This document shows positions 18,631 to 28,829 of a DNA stretch of 64,000 bases, piece after piece; the first letter of the stretch is position 1; the number at the start of each line of letters is the position of its first letter. Source of the DNA: a virus (Duplodnaviria > Caudoviricetes). A program made the position numbers and the translations under genes. The notes beneath the pieces are model-generated. The model saw nothing but the letters and a program-made list of their open reading frames with translations, was not told the DNA's origin and did no database searches. The stretch spans positions 96,001-160,000 of IMG/VR virus record IMGVR_UViG_3300032030_000007; one strand, written 5' to 3'.

Positions 18631-18885
18631 TTATTTCTTTATAACTGACATAGATGAACTTCCACTAGTAAATACAATATATTTCTGTCCTTCAACATAT
18701 ATTGTTTGCGTATTTACATTTGACTGTACGTTTTGTGTATTCATTGTATTAGGAATTGGATTTGCATAAGATTTAGTACTTGATGCACAAACACCAAATC
18801 CCAATATAAAACCTAAAAAATAACTAATAGCAATAATACCAACTACTGCATAAAATTTAACATGATAAATTTCAATCTTTTCCAT
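18631..18885 (-). CDS. small membrane protein
   Basis: N-terminal transmembrane helix. Confidence 0.7.
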   Translation of the reverse strand: MEKIEIYHVKFYAVVGIIAISYFLGFILGFGVCASSTKSYANPIPNTMNTQNVQSNVNTQTIYVEGQKYIVFTSGSSSMSVIKK

Positions 18886-18896
18886 AATTTATAATT

Positions 18897-19235
18897 TTAA
18901 AAACTTTCAATCTTTACAGGTTCATCTTCCCAAGTAAGTTTTCTACCAAGTAGTTTTTCAATTGATCCTTTTGGTAGATATAACCATTTAGGTAAATATC
19001 CCGTCTTAGGAGTATTTTCAGGATTATGGTATTCAACCCAATGATCATATTCTAAAATCGTATCATTATAAGATATTACTTTTCTCACTTCTTTAAGATG
19101 TTCTTGATGAACATTTATATCATATTTTCTATGATACAGACTTGGCGAAAATCTTTGAAAACCTTCTTCATTAGAAGTCATTCTTTCATCACCATTTGCA
19201 TCAACAGCGACCCATACAAAATGTAGATTATTCAT
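18897..19235 (-). CDS. hypothetical protein (WVA...WEDEP family)
   Basis: WVAVDANG and LPKGSIEKLLGRKLTWEDEPV; related to 42537..43025. Confidence 0.75.
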   Translation of the reverse strand: MNNLHFVWVAVDANGDERMTSNEEGFQRFSPSLYHRKYDINVHQEHLKEVRKVISYNDTILEYDHWVEYHNPENTPKTGYLPKWLYLPKGSIEKLLGRKLTWEDEPVKIESF

Positions 19236-19524
19236 ATTTAAATTTTAATGATATTTTATTAGTTAAATTAATAGCAAGTTTAGCATCATCTAATTTCCCA
19301 TATAATGAAAGGTAATTTGCACAATCCATCATAATATTATTTAATGCTAATAATGCATCATTAGTATATTCAGTTTTATTTATAAGAATCATTTCATACA
19401 ATTTATTTGCTTCCAATAATTTTGTATGCATTTCCTTTACTCTATAAACAGGAATGATTAACTTTAATAGATATAGTAAATCGTTCTTATCATTTTTAAT
19501 GTCTTCCCATATAATCTTATCCAT
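19228..19524 (-). CDS. hypothetical protein
   Basis: ORF in an overlapping array. Confidence 0.65.
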   Translation of the reverse strand: MDKIIWEDIKNDKNDLLYLLKLIIPVYRVKEMHTKLLEANKLYEMILINKTEYTNDALLALNNIMMDCANYLSLYGKLDDAKLAINLTNKISLKFKYE

Positions 19525-19528
19525 GAAT

Positions 19529-19729
19529 TTAGAATATTAATGTTTTAACATTTACTAAGTATTTAATAAATTCAGATAAAAAGAATCCTGTGCCAAAGAA
19601 ACATATTAATTTAAAAATATGAAATATAATTGTACGTTTATGCTTATATGATTTAATTAACTTAATTTCATAATAAGCAAGTAAAACACCAATTGTTAAT
19701 AGAAATATTGATATAAATAAATTAATCAT
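19529..19729 (-). CDS. small membrane protein
   Basis: Two hydrophobic segments; ATGA overlap. Confidence 0.6.
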   Translation of the reverse strand: MINLFISIFLLTIGVLLAYYEIKLIKSYKHKRTIIFHIFKLICFFGTGFFLSEFIKYLVNVKTLIF

Positions 19730-19911
19730 AATCTTTCAAAATACTTTGTCCAACTATACTCATGAAAACATTGTTCTTTATCTTTAGAATCATTAACAGT
19801 AAACCAAACAATATCATTCATTCGGTTTTCATTTAATGTATATCTATATCCTTCATAAAATGCTCCTCTGTCGGGAGTCTTAATGCATTTTACATCAATT
19901 CTTTGTAACAT
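19726..19911 (-). CDS. hypothetical protein
   Basis: ORF in array. Confidence 0.65.
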   Translation of the reverse strand: MLQRIDVKCIKTPDRGAFYEGYRYTLNENRMNDIVWFTVNDSKDKEQCFHEYSWTKYFERL

Positions 19912-19925
19912 AATTATTTATTAAT

Positions 19926-20432
19926 TTATTTATCAAACATTTTAGATGCACGACTATTCATATACTTATATGTCATAGAAATAGAAGGCTTATTGTCACA
20001 TCTTCCTAATCTCCATGAACCTCTTTTATAAACAGGCTTGTTAAGTTTAATTTCATCTTTACTCATGCCCTGAAGAATACCATGAATAATTAAAGCAATT
20101 GCGTATTCTTCTGAAACATCATAAAGACTTATATATCTTTTAGTTTCATCTCTAAATGCTTTATGAGAACATAGCCATCTACTATTTCGTTTGTCTCCAT
20201 CATCAAGATATGTATAGATAAGATCCAATGCTTTTAATAAATATCCAATAACTTCATCCTTTGTCATCTTCTCAGGATACCAATAATCTTTATTCATCTT
20301 AATGGCATGTTCCAAATCTCCAAAAAACATATCCTCATTGTTTCTTTCAGATGTTCTTTCCCAATAAGCCTCATACCATCCTTTGCAATAAAGAACTAAA
20401 TCATTAAATCTAAAATTCTCAATCTGCTTCAT
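19926..20432 (-). CDS. hypothetical protein
   Basis: ORF in array. Confidence 0.75.
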   Translation of the reverse strand: MKQIENFRFNDLVLYCKGWYEAYWERTSERNNEDMFFGDLEHAIKMNKDYWYPEKMTKDEVIGYLLKALDLIYTYLDDGDKRNSRWLCSHKAFRDETKRYISLYDVSEEYAIALIIHGILQGMSKDEIKLNKPVYKRGSWRLGRCDNKPSISMTYKYMNSRASKMFDK

Positions 20433-20436
20433 GTGA

Positions 20437-21066
20437 TTAACGTTTAACTGTTCTTTTTCCTATAATAGTAATCTTAAGTTTTGAAAAATCACCATCGAAT
20501 AGAAGTGATCCCATCTTCAAACCTGGATCTGATACTGTCTGCCCAATAGAGCATCTGTCATAATATGATTTATCTACAGGAATTTCAAATTCAACATCAT
20601 TAATCTTATTCTTCATATGCTCTCCAATATCTATTGTATATGTAGTCTGATGTATCTTAATCTTAACAATATAAATTGTCTTTGATACAACCAATGCAAA
20701 CTTATCATTATTAATCTGCTTATTCAATACATCATACTGCTGTTTAAGTCTATAATTAATATTTTTATTTGCATTAATTTCATATTCAATCTGTTTACGT
20801 TCATTCATTAAACGATTATTACGTTCAGCAGATTCCATATTCTCCATAATATTCTTATTAATCAAGAACAATGAATCGTTAAATGCAATAACTATTCTGC
20901 GAGCATCCTTAAGACTATCTAGCTCCTTCTGGAGTCCAATTCTTTGATTTTTCAATATTTCATTAAGAGCTTGTGATTCTCGTGTACAACTTTGATAAGA
21001 ACACATTGTAACTGATGTAGCAAGAATACAACTAAAAATTGCTATCAAATAATGTTTCATTCCCAT
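20437..21066 (-). CDS. membrane-anchored or lipoprotein-like coiled-coil protein
   Basis: N-terminal hydrophobic segment with Cys, then a coiled coil; the start is probably 21060 (ATGA overlap). Confidence 0.7.
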   Translation of the reverse strand: MGMKHYLIAIFSCILATSVTMCSYQSCTRESQALNEILKNQRIGLQKELDSLKDARRIVIAFNDSLFLINKNIMENMESAERNNRLMNERKQIEYEINANKNINYRLKQQYDVLNKQINNDKFALVVSKTIYIVKIKIHQTTYTIDIGEHMKNKINDVEFEIPVDKSYYDRCSIGQTVSDPGLKMGSLLFDGDFSKLKITIIGKRTVKR

Positions 21067-21461
21067 ACGCTACAATTATTTAAATACTTATTTCTTTCAA
21101 TACTCCAGTTATGTAATTCTCGTTTTTCTTTTTCATCAAAATAAGAAATAAACTGACCAATAGTCTTAAATTTTTCTCTAAAAATTTCTAACTCATATTT
21201 ACTATCTATAAATAATGGAAGATAATTAAAACTATCATTTTTATCATATAGATATGCAGTTATATGATTATTAAAATAAATTGGCTGATGCCAATTTGTT
21301 TTAAATTTTCGTTTAATAGTAAATCTAAATCCAAAAATTGAATATTCCTTTTCATAAGTTAAATCTTGATTTGGACTAATACGGTATTCTAATACATGTG
21401 ATGCAGAATAAGGTACTGCTCTGAATTCAATTTTTAGATTATTCTTATATTTTAAACTCAT
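21057..21461 (-). CDS. hypothetical protein
   Basis: ORF in array. Confidence 0.7.
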   Translation of the reverse strand: MSLKYKNNLKIEFRAVPYSASHVLEYRISPNQDLTYEKEYSIFGFRFTIKRKFKTNWHQPIYFNNHITAYLYDKNDSFNYLPLFIDSKYELEIFREKFKTIGQFISYFDEKEKRELHNWSIERNKYLNNCSVWE

Positions 21462-21470
21462 AATATTTAA

Positions 21471-21620
21471 TTAAATTGTCGTACAAAAAATTATTAAAAC
21501 TACAGCAAGTAAAGACAATCCAATCCCAGCAATCATACCGCATCTCCAACCACTATCCCATACTTCATATTCGCGATCATTTTCTGGCTTAACGAAAAAC
21601 TCCATACTATCATATTCCAT
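21471..21620 (-). CDS. small membrane protein (49 aa; not in the ORF track)
   Basis: MEYDSMEFFVKPENDREYEVWDSGWRCGMIAGIGLSLLAVVLIIFCTTI; follows a promoter. Confidence 0.55.
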   Translation of the reverse strand: MEYDSMEFFVKPENDREYEVWDSGWRCGMIAGIGLSLLAVVLIIFCTTI

Positions 21621-21668
21621 ATTTATTATTTTTATTCATTTGTTTGATTTTTAAATTTTATAATTAAA

Positions 21669-21697
21669 TATATAGAAATATAATTTAAAAAATTCAA
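21669..21697 (-). promoter_or_regulatory. conserved phage promoter (variant)
   Basis: TTGAAT-N17-TATATA. Confidence 0.55.
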
Positions 21698-21715
21698 TAT
21701 TATTTAAATTTTATT

Positions 21716-22027
21716 ATGTTAAATTTTGGATATGTATATTTGCTTTGCGATGGGGAGAAATTCAAAATAGGTATGACAACAAAACCTATTGAAAAACGTA
21801 TATCAGAATTGCAAACAGGCAATCCTAATGAAATATGGATGCATTCTTATTATGAAACTAAATATCCAAATAAAATAGAAAAGATGCTACATAAACGTCA
21901 TGCAGCATCTAATGTGAAAAACGAATGGTTTGATATGACTGTAGAAGAAGTCTACAATTTTAAAAATGAATGTAAGCATTGTGAAGATCTTATCAAACCT
22001 TTGATTGAATCCAATCCGTTTTTCTAA
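21716..22027 (+). CDS. GIY-YIG superfamily nuclease (T5orf172/MUG113-like)
   Basis: GYVYLL...FKIGMT...RISELQTGNP...EKMLH...NEWF. Confidence 0.85.
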   Translation: MLNFGYVYLLCDGEKFKIGMTTKPIEKRISELQTGNPNEIWMHSYYETKYPNKIEKMLHKRHAASNVKNEWFDMTVEEVYNFKNECKHCEDLIKPLIESNPFF

Positions 22028-22029
22028 AC

Positions 22030-22824
22030 TTACATTTTTCTAAACGATGTCTTTAAGTCAAATCCATGTGAAAGAATTTTTGTCTTATTATCTGGATTAG
22101 CTATAGGCTCCTGTTTTACTGACCATAAGAAGTTTTCAATATTATTATATGTATTGATATCATTAAGTTCATCAAACCAATATTTTAATATATTATTAGA
22201 TAGCTTATTAAAGCATACATTCGTAATATAACGAATATCTGTAATCTTCCATTCATTTATCTTTTCAGCATATACAGTATTATTGAATAACTTATAATCA
22301 TACCAAACATATACTGGAGCATTAAGTTTATTGAATATTTCCTTACATTCAATCTTATATGTATTATCTGATATTTTTCCTTTAAGATTATAAGTAGAAA
22401 GCATCTTCAATTTATTAGGAATATATACTTCCTTGATTTCTTCATTCTTATATAATGAATTCATACAATAAGTACAGATCTTATTTTCTAATTCAGTTGT
22501 ATCTTTAATTGTAATCAATTCATCAATACAAGCTTTAGAATGAATAATATTAACAACCTCAGTACCACAAGCAGAATTAATACAAACTTTAAAATAAGGC
22601 TGAGCATATACATAAGGATAAATTCCAAATACGAACTTATCTATTGAAACATGACTAGGATATCTATAAAGACTATCTCCATAAACTGAACATCTATGCT
22701 TAAGATCAAAAAGATCTTCATAATTCTTTCCAATAATTTCAGGATTTCTCACATATGTAATGTCAGAATCATAATCAATTGTTAAGAAATCATAAAAGTC
22801 TTTATACTTAGATATAATTTTCAT
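22030..22824 (-). CDS. conserved phage hypothetical protein
   Basis: MKIISKYKDFYD N-terminus and KILSHGFDLKTSFR C-terminus. Confidence 0.75.
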   Translation of the reverse strand: MKIISKYKDFYDFLTIDYDSDITYVRNPEIIGKNYEDLFDLKHRCSVYGDSLYRYPSHVSIDKFVFGIYPYVYAQPYFKVCINSACGTEVVNIIHSKACIDELITIKDTTELENKICTYCMNSLYKNEEIKEVYIPNKLKMLSTYNLKGKISDNTYKIECKEIFNKLNAPVYVWYDYKLFNNTVYAEKINEWKITDIRYITNVCFNKLSNNILKYWFDELNDINTYNNIENFLWSVKQEPIANPDNKTKILSHGFDLKTSFRKM

Positions 22825-23080
22825 AAATTTCTGAATCTATAATATTGTTAGTAAATTTCTTTAAATAATTACGACGTTTCTTTCCAGCTATTTTACGAAT
22901 GCCTTTCATTCTGTCAGATTTAGAATCTCGTTCATTCATAAGATTATGTGTATCTTTAACAAGCCAAATGCCACCCATTAAACTACATCCATGAAACTCA
23001 CGAAGCAATGTATTATGATGTCCTCTTTGACCGTTACGAAGTAGACTCTTTGTAAATTCTTTTTTATATGTCTTGCTCAT
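22808..23080 (-). CDS. small basic protein (MSKTYKK)
   Basis: Arg/Lys-rich; N-terminus shared with 55776..56141. Confidence 0.7.
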   Translation of the reverse strand: MSKTYKKEFTKSLLRNGQRGHHNTLLREFHGCSLMGGIWLVKDTHNLMNERDSKSDRMKGIRKIAGKKRRNYLKKFTNNIIDSEIYENYI

Positions 23081-23324
23081 TTGTGATTATTATATTTCAA
23101 TTGTTCTTCTTTTGTATATATTGGATCAAAAAATTCTTTGCATGGACATCTCATTTTTTCTCCAACAAAATACATATCTTCTGATTTATCGTAATGAAGT
23201 ATCCCAGGCCGTTTTTTATTTATTTCTTCTCCTTTTGAGCATGGGTAATTTGATAATCATGTGGACCCCAAGCTGAACCACGATTTTTACAATTATTACA
23301 ATATGGTTTTCTACTTATTAACAT
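23077..23324 (-). pseudogene. frameshifted Cys-rich small gene
   Basis: Frame A (MLISRKPYCNNCKNRGSAWGPHDY) switches near 23250 to a frame (NYPCSKGEE...MRCPCKEFF...HK) that ends in an ATGA overlap with the next gene; total length 248 nt (3n-1). Confidence 0.5.
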
Positions 23325-23335
23325 TGTATTTATAT

Positions 23336-23650
23336 TTACAAATTATGATATGTATTATTAATGTCTACAAAATTTACATAAAAACTATTCTCATCTCTTC
23401 GGATTATCTGATATCCCTGTAACAATAATAATGCTTCAACCTTTCCAGGAAGCTCACCACGTTCACCTTCTAAAATGAAACTAACATAACCATCTCTGAT
23501 TGATTCATAAATCTTCTTGTTTATATTTGCAATATATTCAGCATAAAAATCTTTAAACATTGGATCATTCTCCATGTCTGCCATTATCTTCTTAAGAGTC
23601 AATGTACGAGCAGTATCAACAGAAATAATATTAAATTTACTTTTTTCCAT
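23336..23650 (-). CDS. hypothetical protein
   Basis: ORF in array. Confidence 0.7.
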   Translation of the reverse strand: MEKSKFNIISVDTARTLTLKKIMADMENDPMFKDFYAEYIANINKKIYESIRDGYVSFILEGERGELPGKVEALLLLQGYQIIRRDENSFYVNFVDINNTYHNL

Positions 23651-23662
23651 TATTCAAAAAGA

Positions 23663-24022
23663 TTATTCAAAAAGATTTACATTACCATAAATAACTACTC
23701 TACTAAAGAACTTCTTTTGTGATGAACATGAAATTACATTGGAAACTCCATTTTCGTTTACAGTAATACGTTTCTTAAGATATATAGGTTTTTTGCCATG
23801 AATACCATAATATTCTTTAGTATCAATAAGTTTAATCTGCCATTTGTTATCTCCCTTCTTATTTACTTCAAGTACTTTAAAAGGGCCATCAGTATAAGAA
23901 TTTTTGTAATGCCAATATGGGTCATCTGAATTACTGTCTCTCCAAAAAGTCTGAAGTTTAATAAATTTACCTTCACAAAGATCCTCAGGATTCATTCCTT
24001 TAAAATTAAATGGATATTTCAT
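23663..24022 (-). CDS. hypothetical protein
   Basis: ORF in array; ATGA overlap. Confidence 0.7.
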   Translation of the reverse strand: MKYPFNFKGMNPEDLCEGKFIKLQTFWRDSNSDDPYWHYKNSYTDGPFKVLEVNKKGDNKWQIKLIDTKEYYGIHGKKPIYLKKRITVNENGVSNVISCSSQKKFFSRVVIYGNVNLFE

Positions 24023-24288
24023 CTTTTCGTATATGTTTTAAGTTCATCTATATTATTGAATTTCTTACCCCAGTTTGTCCAAGCACCAATTACTAATTTA
24101 GATGTTTGTGATACCTCTATATATAGCATCTCTGGATCTTTCTTATTGAAACGATACATAATGTTATATGAATAAACATAAGTATCTTTTTTGATTTCAA
24201 TAATGAAACTATATACTGCATTATCAGTAAGATACTTATTAAGTTCAGTATACGTAATCTTTCCAAATGAATTAATCCTTGGTCTCAT
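24019..24288 (-). CDS. hypothetical protein
   Basis: ORF in array. Confidence 0.7.
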   Translation of the reverse strand: MRPRINSFGKITYTELNKYLTDNAVYSFIIEIKKDTYVYSYNIMYRFNKKDPEMLYIEVSQTSKLVIGAWTNWGKKFNNIDELKTYTKR

Positions 24289-24291
24289 CTA

Positions 24292-24561
24292 TTATTCGTA
24301 AATTAAAATATCATTAAATCTATCATTAAGTTCAATTTTCTTATCAATACGAGCAATTGCAGTTTCGATTACATTTTCAATATCTGTGTTATCTGTAATG
24401 CAAGGATAAAATACATATTCTTGAGCAACTAAATCAAAAGCATCAGCAGAATATTTATTATTTGTATAATCATAATAAATTTCAATCCGATATCCTTTAT
24501 ACTCAGTAATATCTTCTCCAAATTCTCCTTTATGAAATTTATACCAATTGTAAAGATTCAT
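24292..24561 (-). CDS. hypothetical protein
   Basis: First ORF after a promoter. Confidence 0.7.
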   Translation of the reverse strand: MNLYNWYKFHKGEFGEDITEYKGYRIEIYYDYTNNKYSADAFDLVAQEYVFYPCITDNTDIENVIETAIARIDKKIELNDRFNDILIYE

Positions 24562-24588
24562 TTTTATATATTATTTAAATTATAATTT

Positions 24589-24616
24589 AATATAGTATTT
24601 AATATTAAAAATTCAA
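24589..24616 (-). promoter_or_regulatory. conserved phage promoter
   Basis: TTGAAT-N16-TATATT. Confidence 0.7.
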
Positions 24617-24650
24617 AAAGAATTTATATTTTTATATATAGTATATAAGT

Positions 24651-26768
24651 ATGAAAAGAAATGTAGTTAATATAGGAGAACATAGGTTTTTAATAGAACA
24701 TTATGATGCAGATACTGACTTAGGAAATATACAGTATTATGCAGAATTTGTTATGTTAAGAAATTTTTCAATTATAAACAATATAGCAAATGATACTGAT
24801 ATTTACATAATTGAAAAGTCTTTCTTTAATGAATATATAAAGGAATTAAAAGAAAATAATGATCATCATGGAGAATCAATAGTATTTCCTGATACATCAT
24901 CAGATATAATATCATATTCAAATACATATATAAAGTTTAATTCAAGTTTCAATTTGAATGATAACTTATCATTATATAATGGAGATGAATATGGAGATGC
25001 TGTTTATGAAATATATGAAAAGAAAAATAATAGATTAGTTTCTAAGAAAATTAAATGTGATAAGATAAGAATATATCATCCAATGTCTAAAAAGAATATG
25101 GATGCTATTATAGATATAACTAATTATATAAACAATATTCATTTTCATTATTTATGCAAACAGATAAAAGATTATGAACCAAAAACAGAAACAGAAATAA
25201 AAGTAAATAATGAAGTATATTCTGAATTTATAGAAATATATTATCCAAATCTTAATGACTTATTTAAGATTAATGACGATGGAGAATATATGACTTTTTA
25301 TAAAGAAGATATGGATATTGTTGCTTCAACAAAAAATGAAAGGTTTATTAATTCTATAATGAGTAATTCTGATGATCTTATTCAGTCTGAAGATTATGAT
25401 GGTGCTCAAATAGTACCAATGAATTTATTAATACAACCATACAGAATAGTTGAAGAATATGCTGCTGAAAACGCATTAAACTATGATGAAGATTTATCGA
25501 ATGATGATAAGATATTTGTAAAGCTTTATTTAAAAAATAAGTTATCTATTGAAAATAATTATCTTACATATCCTATAAATTTGATAATATATCCTTTTAG
25601 TAAAATTGATGATGAATTACAACTTTATAGAATTAATGATAATTTAAATTCAGTAACATCATCATTTACAAATAATATCAAATTTGAATTAAATTCATGT
25701 TTAGGTTTTGATGGCGGAATAATTTCAATTATTACATTCTTTAAATATCCTAATGAATCATACTTTTATAATTTATATAAAAACGATTCTACAACAACAC
25801 CAGTTAAAGAAGCATATGTATATTATAATAGTATTGATACAGATATATATAATATGTTCATTAATGAAGATATACAAAAACAGTTAGAAACTATTGATAG
25901 TGTAAATTCAATTAATGACCAAATAAAGCAACAGGTTATAGAGATTACAAATACTGCATATTCAAGTGATGATGAAATATTGGAGAAATGGAAATCATTA
26001 ATGAAAGAATCAATATTGAAAGAATATGAAGATGAAATGGGAACACCAAGTAATTTCTTAGGATTTAAAGTACAGATATCATCTTCAATATGGTTCAATA
26101 ATATTATATATGACAAAAACGTTAGAATTAACTTAGATGATTTAGATGATTTCTCATTTGCATTAAATGGAATATTTCAACAATATAAGCAATTTCCTGA
26201 GCAATTAGTAGCGAGAATATTATTCTATGATAGGATACTTGGAATTGAACTCGTAAGTAATCCTATTATTATAAGTAATGAATGGCGTAAATATTTAATT
26301 AATGATAATAACATATATAGATTACATAGTCTATCTCAAATAAATTATAATTTAGGTAATTCTGATGATATGAAAGAAATAAGATTACAAGAAAACAATA
26401 TAAACTTTATTAATAACATTAAATGCAGAGTCAATAAGAACGATTCAACAAATGCTATTAAGCCTACTGAAAGCAATATTCAGAAGATAATATATAAGCC
26501 TATATTCTATAAAGTTAAAGAACTTCAGAATATTAAGTTAGTTAAAGGCATATCTCAAAATATTGGAATTAACCTATCTGAATATATGACAAAAGTTGAA
26601 ACATTTAAAATCAATATAGATGGAACACAATATGTTGAAACTGGAAGAAATGATATATATGTAATATTCAATATTAATACTGCTATTATTTCAAAAACAT
26701 CAGGATATTATAATATTGTTAATCAAGATGATGATTATATATCATCTGGAAACTGGGAAATTAAATAA
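24651..26768 (+). CDS. large putative virion structural protein
   Basis: 705-aa ORF co-transcribed with baseplate genes; no family recognised. Confidence 0.6.
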   Translation: MKRNVVNIGEHRFLIEHYDADTDLGNIQYYAEFVMLRNFSIINNIANDTDIYIIEKSFFNEYIKELKENNDHHGESIVFPDTSSDIISYSNTYIKFNSSFNLNDNLSLYNGDEYGDAVYEIYEKKNNRLVSKKIKCDKIRIYHPMSKKNMDAIIDITNYINNIHFHYLCKQIKDYEPKTETEIKVNNEVYSEFIEIYYPNLNDLFKINDDGEYMTFYKEDMDIVASTKNERFINSIMSNSDDLIQSEDYDGAQIVPMNLLIQPYRIVEEYAAENALNYDEDLSNDDKIFVKLYLKNKLSIENNYLTYPINLIIYPFSKIDDELQLYRINDNLNSVTSSFTNNIKFELNSCLGFDGGIISIITFFKYPNESYFYNLYKNDSTTTPVKEAYVYYNSIDTDIYNMFINEDIQKQLETIDSVNSINDQIKQQVIEITNTAYSSDDEILEKWKSLMKESILKEYEDEMGTPSNFLGFKVQISSSIWFNNIIYDKNVRINLDDLDDFSFALNGIFQQYKQFPEQLVARILFYDRILGIELVSNPIIISNEWRKYLINDNNIYRLHSLSQINYNLGNSDDMKEIRLQENNINFINNIKCRVNKNDSTNAIKPTESNIQKIIYKPIFYKVKELQNIKLVKGISQNIGINLSEYMTKVETFKINIDGTQYVETGRNDIYVIFNINTAIISKTSGYYNIVNQDDDYISSGNWEIK

Positions 26769-26777
26769 TTATATATT

Positions 26778-27119
26778 ATGATAGATTTAGCATTAGACGG
26801 AAGAGTAATTATTAGAAACTTAATGGATGAAGCTGTTCAGGAATTGGATATATTATTTAATACAGATACAACTGAATTATTAGGATATCCTACATACGGT
26901 ACAAATTTTGAACAGTTTCTATGGAGAATATCTCCAGAAGAAGATCAATTAAGACAATATATTAGAGATAAAATTGCATCTACATTATATCTTTCACAAT
27001 TAAAGACCGATGTAGAAGTTACAACAGATTTTGGCCAATATCGTCTTATATATAAAATAAGAATACATGTATATGACAATAACAATAACGAAGTAATTCG
27101 TAACTATGAATTTAGATAA
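26778..27119 (+). CDS. baseplate wedge protein, gp25-like
   Basis: Size, the ILFNT...ELLGYPTYGTNFEQFLW pattern, and position before a gp6-like gene. Confidence 0.7.
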   Translation: MIDLALDGRVIIRNLMDEAVQELDILFNTDTTELLGYPTYGTNFEQFLWRISPEEDQLRQYIRDKIASTLYLSQLKTDVEVTTDFGQYRLIYKIRIHVYDNNNNEVIRNYEFR

Positions 27120-27136
27120 TATAAAGATAATATAAT

Positions 27137-28822
27137 ATGAAATTATTTAAGACAATAGATACTTCTTTTGAAAAATTTGATAATACGATTAATCAATATT
27201 TATCAAAAGCATTAAATGCTATTGGAATGCAATATTCAAATAATCAATTATTTGGTATTATATTCAATGGTATCAAGGGTGTTATGCAGAATGCTATGTT
27301 TTATATAGAAGATGCTTTAACAGAACAAAATATATTTAAAGCAAGTAGAAAGCAATCTGTATATTCATTAGCAAAAGTTTCTGGTTATGAAGCATATTAT
27401 GGTTCAGCTGCTTCAGGATTATTGCTTGGCAAACTTGAGATTAATAATGGTTTAGATTCAAAATCTACGAAAGTATTTATTCATAATCATTGCACAGTAA
27501 GAAATAAGAATACTGGTGTAGAATATTCAATAATACTTCCAACTGATACTTATGTATTTGATGTTTCAAAACCATTAGTAACTCACCAATTTAAAATTGT
27601 CCAAGGAGAATATGAAAGATATGTGTATAGTGCTAAAGGAACATCATTAGAAGCAATACATATAACTTCATTACAATTATTTGATAGATCATATATAGAA
27701 GTAAAAGTAAATGGTGAAACATGGGAAGAAGTTGGCAATCTTTATGATATGACTGAAGATGGTCACGAATATATGTTATCAATAGGTTATGACAATACTT
27801 TTGATATAATATTTGGTAATGGTGTTTATGGAAAGATTATGGAAGAAGGTGATTCTGTAACAGTTGATTATTTAAAGCACACTGGTGAATCTGGAAACAT
27901 TTCAGAAAATACTGCTACAGATTTTATATTTTCAGAATATGGTAAAGATAGTTTAGGAAACAGTATTAACATAAATGATTATATGAAATTAACAATGTCT
28001 ACTTGTGTATCAGGTGGAACTGATTCTGATACTATTGATTTTATTAGAAATATGGTAGGAACAAATTCTCGTTCATTAGTATTGGCATCTGAAGACAATT
28101 TCAGACTATTCTTTAAACGTTTTTCATTTATAGGATATATATCTTGTTGGTCAGAATCAAATAATATGACGGTTAATGTTGTTGCGTTAACTAATATCAA
28201 AGAACGTCTGAAGTCAAATAAAGATTATCTTAAGTATGATGCAAAAGATATGGTTCTGAATAAAGAGCAAAAAGATATGATTATTAATACATTGGAAAAT
28301 TCTAAAAAGACTTTTGCTGGAATAACAATTAACTTTAAAGATCCCGTTATTAGAAAATATGCATTCTTATGTTATGTAAAAATAGATAACGTATATGTTA
28401 AAGATACTGTAAGAGATTCAATTCGCAATACATTATTAGATTATTTCATTAATCTTAAAGATAGTACACAATTTATTTCAAAGGCTGAACTGATATCTAA
28501 TATAATGAATAACTGTTCTGATATAAAAGGATTAGACATTAATATTATATCTGAAGCAGCAGAAAAAGCATATTATGAAAATTCATATATTAAATACGAA
28601 TTAAAACATAATAATGGTGTTTACTATTATATTCCTGTTAAACACATATATGATAAATCTGATTTGCCAGGATTAGATGAATATGGAAATATTTCATTAG
28701 ATTCTAAACTTGAAGTGCCAATGCTTCATGGTGGATTTAAATATTATCCTGAGAAAGAAGGATCAATTAAGAATAAAAAAGATTCAATAATGATTAACGA
28801 TATAGAAATTTATTTTATATAA
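27137..28822 (+). CDS. baseplate wedge protein, gp6-like
   Basis: ASRKQSVYSLAKVSGY, IIFGNGVYGK, YLKHTGESGN and SGGTDSDTIDFIR motifs typical of gp6/baseplate J. Confidence 0.8.
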   Translation: MKLFKTIDTSFEKFDNTINQYLSKALNAIGMQYSNNQLFGIIFNGIKGVMQNAMFYIEDALTEQNIFKASRKQSVYSLAKVSGYEAYYGSAASGLLLGKLEINNGLDSKSTKVFIHNHCTVRNKNTGVEYSIILPTDTYVFDVSKPLVTHQFKIVQGEYERYVYSAKGTSLEAIHITSLQLFDRSYIEVKVNGETWEEVGNLYDMTEDGHEYMLSIGYDNTFDIIFGNGVYGKIMEEGDSVTVDYLKHTGESGNISENTATDFIFSEYGKDSLGNSININDYMKLTMSTCVSGGTDSDTIDFIRNMVGTNSRSLVLASEDNFRLFFKRFSFIGYISCWSESNNMTVNVVALTNIKERLKSNKDYLKYDAKDMVLNKEQKDMIINTLENSKKTFAGITINFKDPVIRKYAFLCYVKIDNVYVKDTVRDSIRNTLLDYFINLKDSTQFISKAELISNIMNNCSDIKGLDINIISEAAEKAYYENSYIKYELKHNNGVYYYIPVKHIYDKSDLPGLDEYGNISLDSKLEVPMLHGGFKYYPEKEGSIKNKKDSIMINDIEIYFI

Positions 28823-28829
28823 TTAAAAT

